From Anaerolineae bacterium (GTDB lineage: Bacteria > Chloroflexota > Anaerolineae > CG2-30-64-16): a stretch of 64,000 nt of DNA. Below the pieces are notes generated by a model. The model was given only the letters and a program-made list of their open reading frames with translations, did not search any database and was not told the origin of the DNA. The translations under genes were made by a program, and so were the position numbers. Position 1 is the stretch's first letter; each line of letters opens with the position of its first letter. Shown piece after piece: positions 29,428-38,259 of this stretch. The stretch lies in contig DAOTZV010000192.1 of NCBI GenBank assembly GCA_034434235.1, forward strand, positions 5,037-69,036, written 5' to 3'.

Positions 29428-30549
29428 ATGCCCATCACTCCCATCCGGCCGAAATGGCCCGGCACCATGACCGACCGCGAGCGCTTCGTCCGCCAGATGC
29501 ATTATGCGCCCGTGGACCGCTGCTTCAACATGGAATTCGGCTATTGGAACGAAAACTTCACTCAGTGGCCCCTCTTCTACGAGAACGGCATCACCAACAA
29601 CGCCGAGGCCGACATCTTCTTCAACTTCGACCGCATCGTCACGGTCGGCGGCTGCATCTGGATGCATCCCACCTTCGAGAACGTCGTCGTCGAGGAGCGC
29701 GAGACGACAAAGGTCATCATGAACGCGGACGGCCTGTTGGCCGAAGTGCCCAAGGACGGCCACGATACCATCCCCCACTACCTCAAGTCGAGCATCCAGA
29801 CGCCGGCCGACTGGCAGAGGGTGAAGGAAGAGCGCTTTCGCCGCGATGACCCCGCGCGCAAGGTGGACGTGCAACTGCTCAAGGAGCTCCACCCTTCCAG
29901 TCGCGACTATCCGCTTGGCGTCCACTGCGGCTCGATGATCGGCAAGATCCGCGATATGCTGACGTTCGAGGGATTGGCCTATGCCATCTACGACTACCCG
30001 GAGATGGTCGAGGACATGGTCGAGACGGCCTGCCTGCTCGTCGAGGACTTCCTGGATCAGGTGCTCGGCCATATTGACTTCGACTTCGCGTCGGGGTGGG
30101 AGGATATCTGCTATAAGGGCGGCCCGATCGTCTCGGTGAAGTTCTTCAAGAACGTGGTGATGCCGCGCTACAAGCGCATTCACGCCAAATTGAAGGCGGC
30201 CGGCATTGACCTGTGGTATACCGATTGCGACGGCGATGTGCGGCCGCTTTTGCCTTATTTCATGGAGGGCGGCATCAACTGCCTCTTCCCCTACGAGGTC
30301 AACAGTTGCGCGCACCCCGGCGAGCTGCTGAACAAATACGGGAAGGAGCTGCGCATCATGGGCGGCTTCGACAAGTTGCAGCTCGGCGCCGGCCGTGCAG
30401 CCATCAAGGCCTACATGGAAACCCTGGTTCCGCTGGTCGAACGGGGCGGCTACATCCCCTTCTGCGACCACCGTTGCCCGCCCAACGTGGACCCGGACGA
30501 TTATCTGTACTATCTGGATCTCAAGGAACAGATGTTCGGGATGAAGTAG
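29428..30549 (+). CDS. Uroporphyrinogen decarboxylase/MtaA-CmuA-fold protein
   Basis: GWEDICY, YTDCDGD, GGFDK and GGYIPFCDHRCPPNV; no HemE-specific N-terminal RQAGR motif. Confidence 0.85.
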   Translation: MPITPIRPKWPGTMTDRERFVRQMHYAPVDRCFNMEFGYWNENFTQWPLFYENGITNNAEADIFFNFDRIVTVGGCIWMHPTFENVVVEERETTKVIMNADGLLAEVPKDGHDTIPHYLKSSIQTPADWQRVKEERFRRDDPARKVDVQLLKELHPSSRDYPLGVHCGSMIGKIRDMLTFEGLAYAIYDYPEMVEDMVETACLLVEDFLDQVLGHIDFDFASGWEDICYKGGPIVSVKFFKNVVMPRYKRIHAKLKAAGIDLWYTDCDGDVRPLLPYFMEGGINCLFPYEVNSCAHPGELLNKYGKELRIMGGFDKLQLGAGRAAIKAYMETLVPLVERGGYIPFCDHRCPPNVDPDDYLYYLDLKEQMFGMK

Positions 30550-30683
30550 GACCGAATTTATTCGGCCTTATGCGATGGAGGAGGCCGAATGAATTCGGCC
30601 TTACATCATTATGTGATGGGTGGCCGAATGAATTCGGCCTTACATCTTACGTGATGGAGAAGGTCGAATGAATTCGGCCTTAC
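30546..30683. repeat. REP cluster: one forward plus three inverted copies, 39-40-bp period
   Basis: GTAGGACCGAATTTATTCGGCC, then GGYCGAATGAATTCGGCCTTAC at 30583, 30622 and 30662. Confidence 0.92.
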
Positions 30684-30710
30684 ATAACGCAGAGTGACGA
30701 GGAGCAAGCC

Positions 30711-31991
30711 ATGTCCGCAGATACCACCATTGTTTCGGTCACCGCCCGCCAGGTCTATTCCGATCGCGGCCATCCGGGCGTTGAAGCGACGGTGAAGACC
30801 GCCAACGGCGCGCAGGGGGTTGCCATCTGCACCGCGGGCATCTCGGTCGGCACCCACGAGGTCGAGTTCGCCTACGACGGTGGCCCCAAATGGCGCGGCA
30901 AGGGCGTCATGCGCGCGGTCAATGCGGTGAACGAGATCATTGCGCCGGTGCTCAAGGGAATGGACGCCACCCGGCAGCAGGCCATTGACCAGGCGATGCT
31001 CGACCTGGGCAAGCAGCGGGTGGGCGGCAACGCGACCGCGGCGGTCTCGGCTGCGGCGCTGAAGGCCGGCGCGGCTGCGCTCGGCATTCCGCTCTACCAG
31101 CACATCGGCGGCGTCAACGCCTGCACCCTGCCCGTGCCGGGGGTCATCTGTCTGGTGGGCAGCGATCGCTATGGCGGCGGCGCGCGCTCGGGCGGCAAGC
31201 CGAGCTACGCGTTCATGTGCTACGGCTTCGATACCTTCTCCGAAGCTTCCTACGCCGGCTGGGACATCTCGGTCGAGTGGTCCGATGTGTTGAACAAGAA
31301 GCTCGGCGTGCCCAAGCATTCGGTCACCCACGCGCCGGGCGTGCCGCGCGGCTACGTCAAGGACGATCGCGAGATCTGGGACCTGATGGTGCAGACGATC
31401 AACAAGCTCGGCTACGAGGGGAAGATCGGCATCCAGGTGGATGTGGCGTCGGAGACCTACTGGGAGGAAGCCGAGGGACGCTACATCGGCCTCTTCTCGG
31501 AGACGCCGAAGACGAAGGACGATCTGTTCAAGATCTACCACATGATGGCGCGGGACTATCCCTTTGTCATCATCGAAGATCCGTTCGACGAGGACGATTA
31601 CGAGAGCCACGCCATCCTGACGCGCGAGCTGGACATCCAGATCGTGGGCGATGATCTGTTCACCACCGATCCAGCGCGCGTACAGAAGGGGATCGACGCG
31701 GGCGCGGCCAACTGCGTGCTGCTCAAGGTCAACCAGATCGGCACCATCTCCGAGGCGCTCGACATGATCCAGCTCGCTTATCGCCACGGCTACGGCGTGA
31801 TGCCGTGCTCCAGCCGGGGCGAGGGCGCGGACATCGCGGACTACTGCGTGGGGATCAACGCCGGCACGGTGCGCGAGAGCGCCACCGGCCCGGCCGGCAA
31901 CCGCTTCCTGCAGATCGAGGCCGAGCTGGGCAAGCGCGCCAAATTCCTGGGCAAGCGCGGGTTGAAGGGCCGGCGGTTCCAGGGAGGATGA
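30711..31991 (+). CDS. Divergent enolase-like protein
   Basis: Enolase scaffold (RGHPGVE, GKGVMRAV, IEDP, VGDDLF, LLKVNQIG) without NGGxH, QEF, GDEGG or SHRSGE. Confidence 0.88.
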   Translation: MSADTTIVSVTARQVYSDRGHPGVEATVKTANGAQGVAICTAGISVGTHEVEFAYDGGPKWRGKGVMRAVNAVNEIIAPVLKGMDATRQQAIDQAMLDLGKQRVGGNATAAVSAAALKAGAAALGIPLYQHIGGVNACTLPVPGVICLVGSDRYGGGARSGGKPSYAFMCYGFDTFSEASYAGWDISVEWSDVLNKKLGVPKHSVTHAPGVPRGYVKDDREIWDLMVQTINKLGYEGKIGIQVDVASETYWEEAEGRYIGLFSETPKTKDDLFKIYHMMARDYPFVIIEDPFDEDDYESHAILTRELDIQIVGDDLFTTDPARVQKGIDAGAANCVLLKVNQIGTISEALDMIQLAYRHGYGVMPCSSRGEGADIADYCVGINAGTVRESATGPAGNRFLQIEAELGKRAKFLGKRGLKGRRFQGG

Positions 31992-32068
31992 GGTTAAGGC
32001 CAAGGCTGCTGAAGCTTGCGTTACAATGAGCGGGACGCGCCATGCGCGTCCCGCTATGTCGTGCATCT

Positions 32069-32512
32069 CTACAGACGGGAGACGAGGGCCGCCGCACGGC
32101 CGGCGCGGCGCAGCAGGACGACCAGCGGCGGAGGCGCGTCGCGGCGATAGGCCACGGCCGCGCGCAGCACGTCGAGCGCCACCGCGAAGTCGGCCGGCGC
32201 GGCGGCCGCGAAGATCCCCGCATCCTCGTACAAAACCAGGTGGCCGGCCGCGGCCGGCGCCCACGAGAGATCGCGCAGGCAGTCGGCCAGGGCGTCCCAG
32301 TTCCGGCCGAAATAGGCCGGAAATGCCAGCGCCCGGCTGCAGGCCTCCAGGAAGGCCGCCTTCGAGCGGATCTGGCGGCCCTCCAGTCGGGCGAAGCGCC
32401 AGCCGCAGCGATCGGCGCGCGCCGCGATCTCGTTCGCGAGGATCGGCTGCGTCAGACGGTAGACGTCCGGCGCGATGCGGCCGGCCAGCAGATCGTCCAA
32501 TCTGTCCTTCAT
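32069..32512 (-). CDS. Barstar family ribonuclease inhibitor
   Basis: FPAYFGRNWDALADCLRDLSW; ATGA overlap with the RNase gene. Confidence 0.92.
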   Translation of the reverse strand: MKDRLDDLLAGRIAPDVYRLTQPILANEIAARADRCGWRFARLEGRQIRSKAAFLEACSRALAFPAYFGRNWDALADCLRDLSWAPAAAGHLVLYEDAGIFAAAAPADFAVALDVLRAAVAYRRDAPPPLVVLLRRAGRAAALVSRL

Positions 32513-33123
32513 GGGATCACCCGCCGAAAGCTGTTGTAGTGGTCATCGGTGTAATACAGTTCGCCCTGGTTGCCCCGCACTAACCGCCGCGCCCCGCGAT
32601 CGGCCGAGCCGGGCGTGACCACCGTGTATTCCCGGTAGTAGCCGGCCGGCTTGCGCGGCAGGCGTCCCTCGCGATTCTCGAACACCACCCCATCCTGGCG
32701 ATAGGGAAACGGCCCGCCGGCCGCGATCAGGCGGAGCGTGTCGTGCGCCTCGGCCGGCAACTGATCCAGCCGGATCGTTCGCATCGGGTCGCCGGGCAAC
32801 GGCGTGGCGATGAGCAGGCCGCCGGGGGCTGGGGATGGGGGGGTGGGGGCTGGGGGCTGGGGGCTGGGGGCAAGATGAGGCGTCGGTGTGAACGAGGTCG
32901 GCCGCGTCGCCGCGGGGGAGGCCGGGTGCGTCGGCGCGGGGGAAGCCGGGCGTGTCGGCGCGGGGGAGGCCGGACGCGTTGGCGCGGGGGAGGCCGGGTG
33001 CGTCGGCGCGGGGGAGGCCGGGCGCGTCAGCGCAAACACTGCCAGGCCGACGGCTACGATCAGGAGCGCCAGGACGGCAAGGGTGCGCAGGTTGCGCTGC
33101 ATCGGTGATCGTCGTTGCGCCAT
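32509..33123 (-). CDS. Guanyl-specific ribonuclease (N1/T1/Sa family) with signal/TM segment and Pro-rich linker
   Basis: GPFPYRQDGVVFENREGRLP, YYREYTV, RGARR and YYTDDHY; start at 33123 (TGATG overlap) or 33102. Confidence 0.92.
   Translation of the reverse strand: MAQRRSPMQRNLRTLAVLALLIVAVGLAVFALTRPASPAPTHPASPAPTRPASPAPTRPASPAPTHPASPAATRPTSFTPTPHLAPSPQPPAPTPPSPAPGGLLIATPLPGDPMRTIRLDQLPAEAHDTLRLIAAGGPFPYRQDGVVFENREGRLPRKPAGYYREYTVVTPGSADRGARRLVRGNQGELYYTDDHYNSFRRVIP
32826..33021. repeat. In-frame repeats in the RNase linker: heptamer tract plus five 24-bp units (PASPAPT[H/R])
   Basis: Direct translation and DNA periodicity. Confidence 0.85.
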
Positions 33124-34550
33124 CAGACTTTGGCTCCTTCCGCCAGTTGCCGCCGCGTCCAGCCGTTCAGGATCGGATCGCGCGTCTCCTCCAGCCACGC
33201 GAGCATGCGCCGGCGCAAGCGGGCCAGCTCGGCCGCGGCGGCCGGGTCGGTCGCCCGGTTGACGATCTCGACCGGATCGGTCGCCAGGTCATAAAGTTCG
33301 TCTTCGGCGGTCAGGTTCCAGACGTACTTCCAGCGCCGATCGCGCACCATCCGCTGGCTGTAGAGGCCGAACTGATTGCCGAAGTAGGTGCAGAAGATGT
33401 CTTCCCGGCCATTGGCCTCTTCCCCGCGGGCCGGCGGCAACAGGCTCTTGCCGACGAAGGTGGCCGGCGGGGGCGCGCCGGCCGCATCGCAAAAAGTGGC
33501 CGCCAGATCAATGCCCGCCGAGACGAACGCGTCGCAGGTCCGGCCCGCGGGGAGGCCGGCCGGCCAGCGCATGATCAGCGGGACGCGCGCCACGTCGTCG
33601 TACATGACGTAGTGCTTGTCGGCCATGCCATGCGCGCCGCACAGGTCGCCGTGATCGGCCGTGTAGATCACCAGCGTGTTCTCCGCCAGTCCCAACGCGT
33701 CCAGCGCGGCCAGGATGCGGCCGATCTGAGCATCAATCAGCGAGATCTCGCCCAGGTAGCGCGCCGCGATCGGCGCCCATTGCTCCCACGTCCACCCCTC
33801 GATGCCCCAGCTCCGCAATTGCTGGCGCTGGATGTACGGCTTGCCGATCAGCGGATCGCCGAAGCTGGGCCAGGGCGGGACGGCGGCCGGATCGTACATG
33901 GAGGCATACGGCTCGGGCACGATGTTCGGCAGGTGCGGCTCGTCGGTGTCCCAGCGGAGGAAGAAGGGCCGATCCCCTTGGGCCGCCCGCTCCAGGAGGC
34001 GGATCAGCTCGCTCGCGCCCCATCCCAGCCGCGATTGCTCCGGCGTGATGGCCCCATCCGGTTCGCCCCAATAGCCGTTCGTGCGCGGGACCGGCGGCAA
34101 GCCCTGCGCCTGCCGCCACGCGCGATAAGCGCTGTTCGGCACGTAGTCGTGGAAGCCGAATTGCGTGGGGTCGCGCTCCTGATCCACCTGCCACTTGCCC
34201 ACGTACCCCAAATAGTAGGGGCGGAAGCCTTCCGCCCCAGGGCGGAGGCCCTCCGCCCCTGCGCGGCCGGCCAACACTTCGCTCCACATCGGCAGGCCGG
34301 GGCGCAGCGCGGCGGTCGGCTCCAGGTTTTCGTTGCAGATCACGCCGTGCCGCGTGGGCCACACGCCGGTCATCAGCGAGGCGCGCGCCGGCCGGCACAC
34401 CGGGCTGGCGCAGAACGCATGGCTGAACGTCACGCCCTCGCGGATCAGGCGATCCAGGTTGGGCGTGCGGATCAGCGGGTGGCCGTGGCCGGCGATGCAG
34501 TCGTAGCGGTGTTGATCGGCCTGGATGAACAGGATGTTCGGTGCGGGCAT
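33123..34550 (-). CDS. Formylglycine-dependent sulfatase (S1)
   Basis: PNILFIQADQ, CRPAR (CxPxR), GKW, YTADHG, DELYDL..DP. Confidence 0.93.
   Translation of the reverse strand: MPAPNILFIQADQHRYDCIAGHGHPLIRTPNLDRLIREGVTFSHAFCASPVCRPARASLMTGVWPTRHGVICNENLEPTAALRPGLPMWSEVLAGRAGAEGLRPGAEGFRPYYLGYVGKWQVDQERDPTQFGFHDYVPNSAYRAWRQAQGLPPVPRTNGYWGEPDGAITPEQSRLGWGASELIRLLERAAQGDRPFFLRWDTDEPHLPNIVPEPYASMYDPAAVPPWPSFGDPLIGKPYIQRQQLRSWGIEGWTWEQWAPIAARYLGEISLIDAQIGRILAALDALGLAENTLVIYTADHGDLCGAHGMADKHYVMYDDVARVPLIMRWPAGLPAGRTCDAFVSAGIDLAATFCDAAGAPPPATFVGKSLLPPARGEEANGREDIFCTYFGNQFGLYSQRMVRDRRWKYVWNLTAEDELYDLATDPVEIVNRATDPAAAAELARLRRRMLAWLEETRDPILNGWTRRQLAEGAKV
34215..34262. repeat. REP-like tandem palindrome in frame inside the sulfatase
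   Basis: GTAG-GGGCGGAAG-C-CTTCCGCCCC plus a degenerate second copy; encodes GAEGLRP-GAEGFRP. Confidence 0.75.
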
Positions 34551-34591
34551 GTTGGACGTTGGCGATCTCCCTTGGCAAGTTCGGCGTGCGC

Positions 34592-36205
34592 CTACGGCCG
34601 TTCCAGGACGAGCACCCAATCCTGGAACACCGGCGGCTTGGGCACGACGTAGTCGGCGCCGCCGACGACCTCGCCCAGGGCGTGTTCGGCGCCGTTCGTG
34701 GGGTCGAAGTAGAATGCCCGGTAGCGCGCGTCCGATTCCAGCCCTTTGACGGCCATCTGGCCGCGCCAGGCGATCCACGACGCCTCGGCCGGGATGTAGA
34801 TGATGCGCACCCGGCCGGGGATGCCGGCCGCGTAGGGCAACATGCGATTCCCGGCGGTTTGATGCGGCTCGATCCACTCGTGATGCGTCTCGAACTGCGC
34901 CCACGGGTAGCGTTCGAGCAGCCGCTTCGCCAGGCCGAGCTGGGCCGAGCCGGGGAGCACCGCGGCCTCGTCCCACGGCCGGTTGCCCCAAGAGGAGCCG
35001 TGCGGCGAAGGGCCGAAAGGCATCTCCCTTGTGTTCACCTGCCAGATGCCGTTGGCGCCGTAGGTGTGGCCCATCGCGCCGGAAAGCATGGCCGTCCAGA
35101 AGAGGAAGCGTTGCATTTCCTCCCGGCTCGATTCCATGATCCCTTCGTAGTTGGCCTCGCCGATCAGCACGGGCATGGTCGGCGCCGCGGCGAGCGACTC
35201 TTCGAGGAACTGCACCGAGTTGGCCAGGGTCGGATAGCCGCTGTGGCCGGTCTGGAGCATCTCGAAGTCGAGCACGCCGGGATCGTCCACCTGCTGGCGG
35301 CCGTAGCGGGTCGGGTGGATGGTGATCGGGTGCTTGTTGGGGTCGAGCGCGCGGATGTAGCGGATGAGGTCGGACCATTGCGCCTGGCGGCCGCGCTTCC
35401 AGGCGTCGCTGTCGCGCTGAGGATCCTTCAGCAGGTAGTAGTTCATCATCGCCTCGCCGGCCGCGCACCAGACGACCGGATAGGCGCTGTAGCGGGCGAT
35501 CAGGTAGCGCCAGTGCTTCTTCAGCACTTCCGGTCCGGCGATGTCCATGAAGTAGCCCCACTCGCCCACGATGCACGGCACGATGCCCGCGCGCACCAGA
35601 TGGGCGATGCGCAGGTCGGCCATGTCGAAGTAGGCGGGGTTGACGGCGGAGAAATCCCTGGCCCACGGGAAGCCGGCCTCGTTTGCGCCGCGCTCATCGT
35701 ACCAGTCCATGTCGGGATAGAGCCCGGCCACGATCTGGACGACGGTGAAGCCCTTGGCCACCCGGTCGGCCGCGAGCGCCTGGAAATCGGCGGGCCAGCT
35801 CAGCCGTTTGGTGAGGCCCATCCACCAGGTGTCGGCGAGCCAGAAGAAGGGCGTGCCGTCGGCATGTTCCAGGTGGCGGCGATCGGCGGCCACGCGCAGG
35901 AAGCCGCGGCGCAGCAGCGGATTGAGGCCGTCGTAGCGCGCGACCAGGATCGTGCCGGTGCGGTCGTGGAGGTCGGCGTTGCCGGTGTCCGAGCAGACGG
36001 TGCGGAAGGTGTAGCGGCCGATCTGCCGCGGGGCAAAGCGCACGCGCCACGTCTGATCGCCGGCCCAAAACGCGGGGACGACGACCTCCTGGCCGTCCCC
36101 ATCGCTGATGAGGACGTTCAGCTCGACGTCGTTGAAGGGATCCAGGTAGGTCTTGCCGGAGGTGTAACTCCATTCGATGAGACAATTGCGTCGAGTGTAG
36201 AACAT
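34592..36205 (-). CDS. DUF5060/DUF4038 (apiosidase-like) putative glycoside hydrolase
   Basis: DGTPFFWLADTWW, KGFTVVQ, YLIARY, LQTGH, EANYEG and GHTYGANGIW; C-terminal DWVLVL. Confidence 0.88.
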   Translation of the reverse strand: MFYTRRNCLIEWSYTSGKTYLDPFNDVELNVLISDGDGQEVVVPAFWAGDQTWRVRFAPRQIGRYTFRTVCSDTGNADLHDRTGTILVARYDGLNPLLRRGFLRVAADRRHLEHADGTPFFWLADTWWMGLTKRLSWPADFQALAADRVAKGFTVVQIVAGLYPDMDWYDERGANEAGFPWARDFSAVNPAYFDMADLRIAHLVRAGIVPCIVGEWGYFMDIAGPEVLKKHWRYLIARYSAYPVVWCAAGEAMMNYYLLKDPQRDSDAWKRGRQAQWSDLIRYIRALDPNKHPITIHPTRYGRQQVDDPGVLDFEMLQTGHSGYPTLANSVQFLEESLAAAPTMPVLIGEANYEGIMESSREEMQRFLFWTAMLSGAMGHTYGANGIWQVNTREMPFGPSPHGSSWGNRPWDEAAVLPGSAQLGLAKRLLERYPWAQFETHHEWIEPHQTAGNRMLPYAAGIPGRVRIIYIPAEASWIAWRGQMAVKGLESDARYRAFYFDPTNGAEHALGEVVGGADYVVPKPPVFQDWVLVLERP

Positions 36206-36221
36206 CGGGCCTCCTCAGATT

Positions 36222-36278
36222 GCAGGGCCGAATTTATTCGGCCCTGCCCGTTGCGGGGCCGAATGAATTCGGCCCTAC
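36222..36278. repeat. REP doublet (REPIN-like) overlapping the LacI 3' end
   Basis: GCAGGGCCGAATTTATTCGGCCC ... GGGCCGAATGAATTCGGCCCTAC; same family as 30546-30683. Confidence 0.88.
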
Positions 36279-37289
36279 GCCCGTCGAGCTCCTGATCACC
36301 AGCTCGGTCGGGATGGCGACGCGTTGCGGCGGCCGGTCGGGGTCGGCCAGGCGGGCGAAGAGCAGCGCGGCGGCCTGGCGGCCGATCTCTTCGCCGTGGG
36401 CGCGCACGGTGGTGAGGGGCGGCGTCAGGTGCTCGGCGAAGTCCATGTCGTCGAAGCCGGCCACCGAGAGGTCGGCCGGCACGGCAAGCCCCCGCTCGTA
36501 GGCGGCCTGGAGCGCGCCCATGGCCATCAGGTCGTTGACGCCCAGGATGGCCGTGGGCCGGGGCGAGAGGTCGAGCAGGCGCCGGGCCGCGCACGCGCCG
36601 TCGTCGGGATCGGGGCCGCACTGGGCGATGAGCGCCTTTTCGTAGGGCAGGCCGGCCGCCCGCAGCGCGCGGCGATACGCGAAGAGGCGATCGGCGCCCA
36701 GGCCGGCGCGCGCCACGCCGTGGATGAACCCGATGCGGGTATGGCCCAGCTTCATCAGGTGGTCCATCAGCTCGCAGGTGCCCGGGCCGTAGTCTTGCGT
36801 GACCAGGTCCTTGCCCGGCAGTTCGTGGCCGAAGGTCACGATCGGGCTTCCCTGGAGGCGCAGCGCGTCCAGCTCATCGGCCAGGCGGCCCGGGTAGGTG
36901 AGGATCAGGATCAGGCCGTCGAAGCGCTGCTCGGCCAGGGCGCGCAGCGAGCGGCGCTCGCGTTCGGCCTCCTGGCCCGAGATGCTGAGGACGAGCTGGC
37001 AGCCGTGCTCGCGCGCCACCGCCTCGACCCCGCGCACGATGGCCCACCAATGGGGGTTGCGGCCGTCCGGGATGAGGAGGGCGATCGTGTCGGTGCGGCC
37101 CGAACGCAGACTGCGCGCGGCCGCGTGGGGCTGATAGCCCAACTGCGCGATGGCGGCCAGCACGCGGCGCCGCGTCTCCTCGGTGATCTGGACGCTGCCG
37201 CCGGTATGGCCGGTGACCACGTTGGAAACCGTGGCGCGGGACACGCCCGCCAGGCGGGCCACATCGCTCTGCGTAACGCGTTTCGCCAC
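36234..37289 (-). CDS. LacI family transcriptional regulator
   Basis: VTQSDVARLAGVSRATVS HTH, LGYQP..AARSL, GFDD and PPLTTV. Confidence 0.95.
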   Translation of the reverse strand: MAKRVTQSDVARLAGVSRATVSNVVTGHTGGSVQITEETRRRVLAAIAQLGYQPHAAARSLRSGRTDTIALLIPDGRNPHWWAIVRGVEAVAREHGCQLVLSISGQEAERERRSLRALAEQRFDGLILILTYPGRLADELDALRLQGSPIVTFGHELPGKDLVTQDYGPGTCELMDHLMKLGHTRIGFIHGVARAGLGADRLFAYRRALRAAGLPYEKALIAQCGPDPDDGACAARRLLDLSPRPTAILGVNDLMAMGALQAAYERGLAVPADLSVAGFDDMDFAEHLTPPLTTVRAHGEEIGRQAAALLFARLADPDRPPQRVAIPTELVIRSSTGVGPNSFGPATGRAE

Positions 37290-37322
37290 CGGAGCTCCTG
37301 GGAATTAGGGTAACACGTACAG

Positions 37323-37336
37323 GCTTACACGTGTCA
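37323..37336. promoter_or_regulatory. Candidate LacI operator 1
   Basis: GCTTACACGTGTCA, exact reverse complement of 37439-37452. Confidence 0.75.
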
Positions 37337-37342
37337 TGGGCG

Positions 37343-37371
37343 ATTATCGCCCAAACGAGGGCGTTTGTCAA
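37343..37371 (-). promoter_or_regulatory. Sigma70 promoter of the lacI-glycosidase-sulfatase arm
   Basis: TTGACA, 17 bp, GATAAT. Confidence 0.75.
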
Positions 37372-37403
37372 AAGACCCCGCCCGGCAATTCTCGTCTCGC
37401 GGG

Positions 37404-37432
37404 TTGACAGGCGCTGGCCTTCCCGCTATAAT
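37404..37432 (+). promoter_or_regulatory. Consensus sigma70 promoter of the sulfotransferase arm
   Basis: TTGACA, 17 bp, TATAAT. Confidence 0.88.
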
Positions 37433-37438
37433 ATGCCT

Positions 37439-37452
37439 TGACACGTGTAAGC
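37439..37452. promoter_or_regulatory. Candidate LacI operator 2
   Basis: TGACACGTGTAAGC at the predicted transcription start. Confidence 0.75.
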
Positions 37453-37485
37453 TTGCACGTGCCAAACCCCGCGAAAGGTGTGAAC

Positions 37486-38259
37486 ATGTCCCTCATCACC
37501 GTGATCGGCCGCGGGCATTCCGGCACGCGGGCGATCTCTCATACGCTTTCGGCCAGCGGCGTCTTCATGGGCGCGCCGCAAAACGTATCGGGCGACCTCT
37601 TGCCACCCCAGGCCATGTACGACGCGTGTCGGGTCTTTGCGCGCTACGTGCGCTGGTGCGGCGGGCTGGAATGGTGCTGGGATGAAGTGTTCGCCATGGA
37701 CATCCCGGGCGAGTTCACCCAATTGATCGAGCAGTATCTGGTCTCGGTGCGAGAGAGCCCGGCCGAACACAAGGGCTGGAAGATCCCGGAGACCACCCTG
37801 GTCTTCCCCTGGATCGCCCGCATGTTCCCCGAGGCAAAGTACATCTTTTGGATCCGCAACCCGCGCGATTGCATCCTCGGCCGACACCTGACCGACGACC
37901 TGCGCGACTTCGGGATCGAGTATCCTCCGACCGACGATCTTCGCCTGCGGCGGGCGATCTCCTGGATCTACCAGTACAAGCTGGTGAAGGCCACGCCCAA
38001 GCCGGCGCACTGGATCGAGGTGCGCTTCGAGGATTTCGTGTTGCGGCAGGACGAGACCCTGGCCCGGCTGGAGGATTTCCTCGGGATCAAGCTGGCGAAG
38101 ATTCCGGTGCGGCCCGAGGCGGTGGATCGCTGGAAGCAGGACGACGGCGTGAACTACTTCGACTTCTTCGCGCCGGCCATGCAGGAATACAACTATCCGA
38201 TACCCGCTGCCCAGACGGGCGATGGGGAACCCACAGAAATCCAGGAGGTGACAGCATGA
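37486..38259 (+). CDS. Sulfotransferase family protein
   Basis: 5'-PSB-like GRGHSGTR, GWKIP, IRNPRD and VRFED. Confidence 0.85.
   Translation: MSLITVIGRGHSGTRAISHTLSASGVFMGAPQNVSGDLLPPQAMYDACRVFARYVRWCGGLEWCWDEVFAMDIPGEFTQLIEQYLVSVRESPAEHKGWKIPETTLVFPWIARMFPEAKYIFWIRNPRDCILGRHLTDDLRDFGIEYPPTDDLRLRRAISWIYQYKLVKATPKPAHWIEVRFEDFVLRQDETLARLEDFLGIKLAKIPVRPEAVDRWKQDDGVNYFDFFAPAMQEYNYPIPAAQTGDGEPTEIQEVTA

Noticed and set aside
29428-30549. Calling the UroD-fold genes hemE
   Set aside because: No RQAGR motif and no tetrapyrrole gene context
30711-31991. Calling this gene eno
   Set aside because: Several canonical catalytic motifs are absent, so it is reported as a divergent paralog
32069-33123. 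RNase/barstar as a novel toxin-antitoxin system
   Set aside because: Well-known barnase/barstar-type pair; only its context is noted
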